This document shows, one piece after another, positions 58,898 through 64,000 of a DNA stretch of 64,000 nucleotides. Numbering within the stretch: position 1 is the stretch's first letter; each line of letters begins with the position of its first letter. This DNA is from a virus: positions 64,001 to 128,000 of the IMG/VR virus record IMGVR_UViG_3300036861_001052. One strand, 5' to 3'. The translations under genes and the position numbers were made by a program. The notes beneath the pieces are model-generated. The model saw nothing but the letters and a program-made list of their open reading frames with translations, made no database searches and was not told the DNA's origin.

Positions 58898-59428
58898 TCA
58901 TCGTCGCGCCTCGTAGTGCCTGAGGAAGTCGAAGAGCTCTCGGTTCCACCGCGCATCCGCGAGCGCGTTGTGCTCGCCCGCCAGCTGGGGCGGGTGCCTC
59001 GGATTGCCCAGCATGTAGGAAAGCTGCTTCAGATCCAGGCAGTACTTCGGGAAATGGTTCGGGAGGCCCATCATCGTGCCGTAGAGCTGGCAGAGCGCCA
59101 CCCAGTCGTAGTCGGCGTAGTAGGCCCAGAGCTCGACGTTCCGGTCGGTCGGGATGAAAGTGGCCAGTCTGTCGCGGATGGCCTCGCGGGGCATCCAGGC
59201 GGCGTCGCCGTAAGGAGGGAGCGAGGGCAGCACGTGATGGCGGACCCAGGACGAGACGAGATGGAGCTTCGCGTTCCGGTTCACGGCGTAAAACTCCTGC
59301 CCGTCGGACGAGACGACTCCGATCGAGATGAGGTCGATGGTCTCGCCGTCCTCGTAGAACTCCGTGTCGATGAAGAATCGCGTGAAGTCGTCGCGATACT
59401 CGATCTGCTGGCCTAGCGTTACTGTCAT
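58898..59428 (-). CDS. DEDDh 3'-5' exonuclease (Rv2179c-like)
   Basis: FFIDTEF...LISIGVV...YYADYDWV...HNALADARW. Confidence 0.9.
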   Translation of the reverse strand: MTVTLGQQIEYRDDFTRFFIDTEFYEDGETIDLISIGVVSSDGQEFYAVNRNAKLHLVSSWVRHHVLPSLPPYGDAAWMPREAIRDRLATFIPTDRNVELWAYYADYDWVALCQLYGTMMGLPNHFPKYCLDLKQLSYMLGNPRHPPQLAGEHNALADARWNRELFDFLRHYEARR

Positions 59429-59700
59429 GAGAGCCTTTGTCTTATCGCCCGCTGTAGGGTTTGCACGTCGGCCGGGATGGGCTCGTCCTTGGGCCAGGGC
59501 TCGCGCTGGAGAGTCTCTCCTGTGTAGACGGAGACGCCCCCGCACTGGATGCAGACGCTCAGATCTCCGGCGGCCGGGTAGCGCGTGTGGAAGCCGGTGG
59601 CCCGGTCTTGTTTGTCTCCACAGTACGGGCACGCGGCCTCAGGCACGCGCACGCTCGGCTTCAGCTCACGGCGGACGGGGTCGGACATGGTGGGACTCAT
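59425..59700 (-). CDS. Zn-finger protein
   Basis: CPYCG...CIQCG. Confidence 0.65.
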   Translation of the reverse strand: MSPTMSDPVRRELKPSVRVPEAACPYCGDKQDRATGFHTRYPAAGDLSVCIQCGGVSVYTGETLQREPWPKDEPIPADVQTLQRAIRQRLS

Positions 59701-59908
59701 TGAGAGCCAGATCAGCGAGGCGGCTTCTGACGCGCACAGCTAGTTTCAGTAGGTCGCTCCGGAGACCGTCCGGGAGCGGGAGCGCTGTCCGCTCGATTTC
59801 TTCGATCGCGGCAAGCAGGCCGAGCCGGTAGCCGGTTCGGAGCGCCTCGTGCATGACGGGCGGGTAGGCGTCCGAGAGGAGGTCGCCGAGGCTCTCCTTC
59901 GCGGTCAC
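59666..59908 (-). CDS. Hypothetical protein
   Basis: GTGA-coupled, GGAGG RBS. Confidence 0.5.
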   Translation of the reverse strand: MTAKESLGDLLSDAYPPVMHEALRTGYRLGLLAAIEEIERTALPLPDGLRSDLLKLAVRVRSRLADLALNESHHVRPRPP

Positions 59909-60435
59909 CCTGCCCTCCGGAGCGGCGTCACGCCGATCGTTTCCTTGCTGATGCCGCCGCGCTGGATTTCCACGATGACCTCTTCCTGCTTGAGCCTCGT
60001 AGCGATCTCCTCGCCGAGCTCGATCATCTGCTGCCGGAACTCCTTCACGGGCGAGCCCGCGAGATTCAGGATGATGATCTGAGAGCCCTGCTCGTCGACG
60101 ACGGACTGGTCACGCTTGCTCGTGTAGAGGCCGCGCTGGTAGAGAAACGTCGCGTCGGGGGTGCCGACCTGAGCCTTCCGGACGCGCTTGACGATACGGA
60201 CGACGTCACCCATCTTCCACCGCGGCTTCTCACCGACGTTGAAGCCGACGAAGATCCGCGCGGCGTAGATCGGCTGGCGGCTCGACCAGCCGGCGGGGTT
60301 TTCGACGTAGGCGTTGCTCCTGCCCTCGAGCGTCAGGCGGCCGTTCGGGCGAAAGAATCCGACGTCGCCGTTGGGGTTCTGCCAGGAGAACCGGCGCGTG
60401 TCGGCGGGGACTGTCATGTAGGCAGAGCGGGTCAT
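59905..60435 (-). CDS. DUF3574 / SAM-lyase-like ferredoxin-fold protein (tentative)
   Basis: ARIFVGFN...ATFLYQRGLY...VDEQGSQIII...IATRLKQEEVIV. Confidence 0.5.
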   Translation of the reverse strand: MTRSAYMTVPADTRRFSWQNPNGDVGFFRPNGRLTLEGRSNAYVENPAGWSSRQPIYAARIFVGFNVGEKPRWKMGDVVRIVKRVRKAQVGTPDATFLYQRGLYTSKRDQSVVDEQGSQIIILNLAGSPVKEFRQQMIELGEEIATRLKQEEVIVEIQRGGISKETIGVTPLRRAG

Positions 60436-60623
60436 TAGGGGACCTTCCAGTAAGGGCCGGCGAGCGCCTTCTCGAACTTGAATACGGCCTCGTCGAGCTC
60501 CGCGTCCACATGGCGTGCGATGGTCGTCGGATACTTCGGCGCGAGCTGAAACGTGATCTTCGCCCCGTGCTCGTCGAGCCAGGCCTGGAGCTCGGCCATG
60601 GTGGTTTCCGGTGTGACCCTCAC
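60435..60623 (-). CDS. Hypothetical protein
   Basis: Coupled ORF. Confidence 0.6.
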   Translation of the reverse strand: MRVTPETTMAELQAWLDEHGAKITFQLAPKYPTTIARHVDAELDEAVFKFEKALAGPYWKVP

Positions 60624-60862
60624 GAGTCCTCGAGCTCCGGAACGAGGTAACTACTGTGCTGGACGGGGACGCCGTGCGCGGTGCCGAGTCGGTAGACTTC
60701 CCTGGCAAGAGGCAGGTCGCTCGCCACCCAGCGGCATCGCCCGTCGGGCAATCGGTACACCAGGAACGTGTGACCCGGCTCGAGGCTTTCGAGCGCCTCG
60801 GTGTACGCCTGGTCGAACGCGTCGGGGGGCATCTGGTCTTCGAGCTCGGCCTGTTCGGTCAT
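60620..60862 (-). CDS. Hypothetical protein
   Basis: Coupled ORF. Confidence 0.6.
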   Translation of the reverse strand: MTEQAELEDQMPPDAFDQAYTEALESLEPGHTFLVYRLPDGRCRWVASDLPLAREVYRLGTAHGVPVQHSSYLVPELEDS

Positions 60863-61275
60863 GGATCTTCCGTCTTCTTTTCAGCCGTGTCGAGGTCTTT
60901 GCTCGGGATGTCGCCACGGGGATAGCCTGGCGCTCCGCGGAGCGGCCTGGCGTAGGCAGGGGGCTTGTCGACTTCTCGGAGGAGATAGTTCGGGGGGAAG
61001 GCCACGTAGGCGCGGCTCTCGTGCGGAGCGCCGCCGTCGTCGCGGTACCGGATGAGCCGGACCGCGAGAACAAACCCCTCGGTCCGAGCGCGCTCGAGGG
61101 CCCGCAGCGCGAACCTGTCTTCCGGCTTCATGAAGCGGGGGCTCTGAGCGCCGAGGCGCTTCTCGAGCCGGCGCTTCGAGGGAGCGTCGCAGATCTTGTA
61201 GTAGGTCGTCCCGGAGTCCCTCGTCAGGCGGTAGATCTTGCCGGGCTCGCACTCTTTCGCTGGTAGGGCCATCAC
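60859..61275 (-). CDS. Hypothetical protein
   Basis: Coupled ORF. Confidence 0.65.
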   Translation of the reverse strand: MMALPAKECEPGKIYRLTRDSGTTYYKICDAPSKRRLEKRLGAQSPRFMKPEDRFALRALERARTEGFVLAVRLIRYRDDGGAPHESRAYVAFPPNYLLREVDKPPAYARPLRGAPGYPRGDIPSKDLDTAEKKTEDP

Positions 61276-61544
61276 GTGCCCCCTGCTTTTGGGAAGTTTG
61301 GGAGCCTCGAGATTTCTACGTGCTCGCCAATGAACTCCTCGAGCTCTCGTACGCGCCGGAGGGCGTCGCGCCGCGAAGTCACCAGGCGATCGTAGTCCTC
61401 TCGCGGCACGCAGCAGACCCCGGCGACGCTCGTCACGAACTCGTCGGCGATCTCGAGCCAGTCGACCGCGTCCTTGTTCGGGACGGGCATCAGGCGGCAG
61501 AGCGCCCGGGCGATCGCGTAGTGCATGGGAATCGTTTCAGGCAT
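61272..61544 (-). CDS. Hypothetical protein
   Basis: GAGG RBS; MPETIPMHY. Confidence 0.6.
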   Translation of the reverse strand: MPETIPMHYAIARALCRLMPVPNKDAVDWLEIADEFVTSVAGVCCVPREDYDRLVTSRRDALRRVRELEEFIGEHVEISRLPNFPKAGGT

Positions 61545-61557
61545 GGCTGTCCTCGTG

Positions 61558-61625
61558 AAAAAGCCCCCGGCCGAGGCGGCAGCAGGATGAGGGAAGGACC
61601 CGCTTTCCTCGCCCCAGCCGGGAGC
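61558..61625 (-). terminator. Long stem followed by U tract; terminator or attenuator-like
   Basis: Minus strand GCTCCCGGCTGGGGCG...CGCCTCGGCCGGGGGC-TTTTT (16-bp stem with G-U pairs). Confidence 0.5.
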
Positions 61626-61632
61626 AAAAGTA

Positions 61633-62148
61633 CTACTTGAGCCGCACCTCGGGGGCGCTTGCACTGCCCTCGTGGTGCCCCACGAACTCGAAGCGCCGCG
61701 TGCCGACGGGCTCGCTGTCCTCGTCCCGTTCGAAAAAGATGATGTCGTTCCAGCCGTCGGGGTCGCCGCTGTGACCGAAGAGCGACCGCACACTCACGGT
61801 GCCGCGCTCGTGCGACAGGTAGACCACCATGGGTTGCCTCGACTCGTGGTGAAAGACGACGCCGAGCGCCGTGTACAGGCCGCCCTTGTAGTGGCGGTAG
61901 ATGCCGAGCGGCAGGCGGAGTGGCGCGCCCGAGCCAGGCTCCCACGCTGGCCATTTGCGAGCGAGCGCAATGCACTCGTCGAAGGCGGCAACGGCGGCAT
62001 CGCGAGCGAAGTCACCGTCGGTATCGCGAAGCGCCTGGAGCGCGACGCGGAAGGACTCGAACACTGCTTCGGGACGGGTCGAGTCGTCTGGGGGCGCCTC
62101 CGGTAGCGGGCCGTGGTGCTCGCCGATGTAGTCGTAGTCTTCGGACAT
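61633..62148 (-). CDS. DUF1653 domain protein
   Basis: GIYRHYKGGLY...HHES...MVVY...VR...RRF. Confidence 0.85.
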   Translation of the reverse strand: MSEDYDYIGEHHGPLPEAPPDDSTRPEAVFESFRVALQALRDTDGDFARDAAVAAFDECIALARKWPAWEPGSGAPLRLPLGIYRHYKGGLYTALGVVFHHESRQPMVVYLSHERGTVSVRSLFGHSGDPDGWNDIIFFERDEDSEPVGTRRFEFVGHHEGSASAPEVRLK

Positions 62149-62155
62149 TTGGATC

Positions 62156-62239
62156 TCACTTTCTGAACATCAGTCGGTACACCAGGGTCGCCACCACGAA
62201 CGCAATCCAGAACCCCACCCAGTCCCAGCCGATCGTCAT
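62156..62239 (-). CDS. Tiny membrane peptide
   Basis: MTIGWDWVGFWIAFVVATLVYRLMFRK; ATGA-coupled. Confidence 0.55.
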   Translation of the reverse strand: MTIGWDWVGFWIAFVVATLVYRLMFRK

Positions 62240-62709
62240 GGCTCGTCCCCCAGCCAGTCGACGTATTCGTCTTGGACCGTGAGGAGCCTGCGCTCCTCCT
62301 CGCCGAGGCGGCGACGAAGAAAGGCGATCTCCCGATGGATCTGGGCGGTCTTCGCTGCGAGCGGCGTTGGCGTTTCCGGGTAGTGTTTCTTCCTCCATCG
62401 GTAGAGGAGGAAGCGCCGTCCATCCGGGTGCTCGAGACCTTCGATCTCGCCGGTGCGGAACGCCCGGAGCGCGTAGCACTTCTCTCCTACGAGGGCGTCG
62501 AACTGCCGGCAGAAGAAGGCCGCTAACGTTTCTTTGAAGTCGGGGCCCGTGCTCTCGCTGAGAGCGAGCCCCCCGAAACTCTGTACAGAGCTGCCGGTCT
62601 CGCCGAGGGCGAGCGTGAGCGTGCACGTCAGGATCCCGTGGTCCTCGACACCGTAGAAAAAGTCACGGACCCAGGCCGGCTCCCGCGTCATGTCGTCTGG
62701 CTTTGCCAT
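62236..62709 (-). CDS. Hypothetical phage protein
   Basis: GVEDHGILTC.L...Q.FGG. Confidence 0.7.
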   Translation of the reverse strand: MAKPDDMTREPAWVRDFFYGVEDHGILTCTLTLALGETGSSVQSFGGLALSESTGPDFKETLAAFFCRQFDALVGEKCYALRAFRTGEIEGLEHPDGRRFLLYRWRKKHYPETPTPLAAKTAQIHREIAFLRRRLGEEERRLLTVQDEYVDWLGDEP

Positions 62710-63041
62710 CAGTGTTTGCTCCAGGTCTGTCCGCCGTCGTGGCTGTGGAAGCCCGCGGCGACGGCGGTGGGGTTCACCTTGCGGCCACTCATCTGCTCGG
62801 CGCGCATGACGGCTTGCTTGAGCGCCCAGGAATTCTCCGCGGCGAGCGTCCGGTACGCGCAGACGTCCGTCACGCTGTCGCGGTCGTTCCAGCCCATGAA
62901 GGCCACGGCGCCGTTCTGGGAGATGGCCACCTTCACGGTGCCCATTCGGAGCGACGCCTCGAGCCTCTGGAGCGCGGCCTTGACCTCGGCCATGCGCTCC
63001 TTCAGGGACTGGTTTACGCGGAGCTTCGTGTCGCAGGGCAT
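62709..63041 (-). CDS. Hypothetical protein in AAA ATPase operon
   Basis: TGATG-coupled; MPCDT... Confidence 0.75.
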   Translation of the reverse strand: MPCDTKLRVNQSLKERMAEVKAALQRLEASLRMGTVKVAISQNGAVAFMGWNDRDSVTDVCAYRTLAAENSWALKQAVMRAEQMSGRKVNPTAVAAGFHSHDGGQTWSKH

Positions 63042-63781
63042 CAGTGCACCTCGATATCGACGCGGCCCGCGGGGGCCACGGCCGGCGGAGCCGAGGGGAT
63101 GCTCTCCTCGAGCTCGAGGAAGGCGAAGCGCGCCTGCTCGATCGGCCCGCTCATGCTCTCGGCGACGGCCCGTACGGCCTCTGCGCCGTCGAGCTCGAGA
63201 TTCTTGACGATCTGCTTGGCGGCGTCCCTGGCGGCCTCGACGGCGCGGTTCACCTTAGCGGCCTGGTCGGCGTCGAGGATCTGACCGAGCTTCTTCGCCC
63301 GGCTCGCAGCGTCACGGATGGCCGTGACGTCGACCCGGCGAATGCCGGCCGTCATCTCGTCGAGGAGCTCCCGGACTTCCGAGGAGAGCGCCTTCACGGC
63401 CTCCTCGTCGGTCGAGGCGATGCGGCCGCGGAGGACGTAGATCCGGACCGAGGAGAAGTGCGCGGTCTCGTTGTGGGCGTCGATGAGCTGTCCGGCCTGA
63501 CGGATGGCGTCCTCGAGCTCGGCGCTCTTCGACTCCGGGCAGAGGAGGCCAAAGGCGGTGTTCACGCAGACGGAGCGGATGAGGGAGCCCGCGGCGGAGC
63601 GGACCTTGGTCGCCCGCTTGTGTTCGTCGGGGTCTTCGATCTTGCGGATCGTTTCCCAGCGCGCGATCTCCGCGGCGCCTTCCGGCCGCTCTGCGTCGAG
63701 GTCGATTCGACTGTACGAAACGCCCCCCGTTAGGCTCGTCTTCAGCGAGACTAGAAACCCTGGTTTCAAGAGTGTGGTCAT
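63041..63781 (-). CDS. Helical hypothetical protein in AAA ATPase operon
   Basis: AAAGGGAAAG RBS; 246 aa. Confidence 0.75.
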   Translation of the reverse strand: MTTLLKPGFLVSLKTSLTGGVSYSRIDLDAERPEGAAEIARWETIRKIEDPDEHKRATKVRSAAGSLIRSVCVNTAFGLLCPESKSAELEDAIRQAGQLIDAHNETAHFSSVRIYVLRGRIASTDEEAVKALSSEVRELLDEMTAGIRRVDVTAIRDAASRAKKLGQILDADQAAKVNRAVEAARDAAKQIVKNLELDGAEAVRAVAESMSGPIEQARFAFLELEESIPSAPPAVAPAGRVDIEVH

Positions 63782-63805
63782 CTTCTTTCCCTTTCAATAG
63801 AGAGC

Positions 63806-64000
63806 TCAGATGTCGAGCTCACGAGGCTTGCGGGGCGACTCGGCGACGGGCTTGGATGCGAAGCGCGCGCGGCCCTTTGCCCACTGGCGGAGCGCGAGGA
63901 TCTGCTCGCTGGCGGTCTCCGACAGCGGCACGACGTTCTTGGCGGAGGCGATGAGGTCGGCGGTCGTGATGGGCCGCTCGCCGTCGGCGAAGGCGAGGAA
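63806..64000 (-). CDS. Ycf46-like AAA ATPase, C-terminal fragment (gene begins beyond window)
   Basis: AFADGERPITTADL...VVPLSETASEQILALRQWAKGRARFAS. Confidence 0.8.
   Translation of the reverse strand, partial: FLAFADGERPITTADLIASAKNVVPLSETASEQILALRQWAKGRARFASKPVAESPRKPRELDI

Overview
This window looks like a 64-kb internal piece of a large, GC-rich bacterial virus or provirus. It is tightly packed with overlapping stop/start codons, and all of its housekeeping-type genes are of kinds phages commonly carry. It begins in a DnaB helicase C-terminus and ends in a Ycf46-like AAA ATPase C-terminus. I see no HK97 capsid, portal, terminase or tail genes. The 13.8-42.8 kb block instead looks like the morphogenesis region of a tailless, membrane-containing virus. 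It holds three tandem beta-rich proteins (candidate single jelly-roll capsid proteins), the first split by a group I intron carrying a LAGLIDADG endonuclease. It also holds an 818-aa protamine-like membrane protein, about 27 proteins ending in a TM helix plus basic tail, peptidoglycan-binding proteins, two collagen-like fibres and a transglutaminase-fold Cys-His-Asp enzyme. The most interesting pattern is two short motifs that sort otherwise unrelated proteins into two classes. [hydrophobic]-x-G-[LIVM]-G, matching the adenovirus protease consensus, marks the membrane-anchored proteins. [YFLM]-x-x-N marks DNA-associated and cargo-like proteins. I infer a two-code virion maturation or sorting system. 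Accessory genes include a Tad1-like sponge, a possible SAM lyase, two GT4 glycosyltransferases, GroES, a degenerate J-domain protein, a Nudix hydrolase, a CX5R phosphatase, a DEDDh exonuclease and a 1279-aa tyrosine recombinase. All assignments come from reading motifs by eye; no searches were run.
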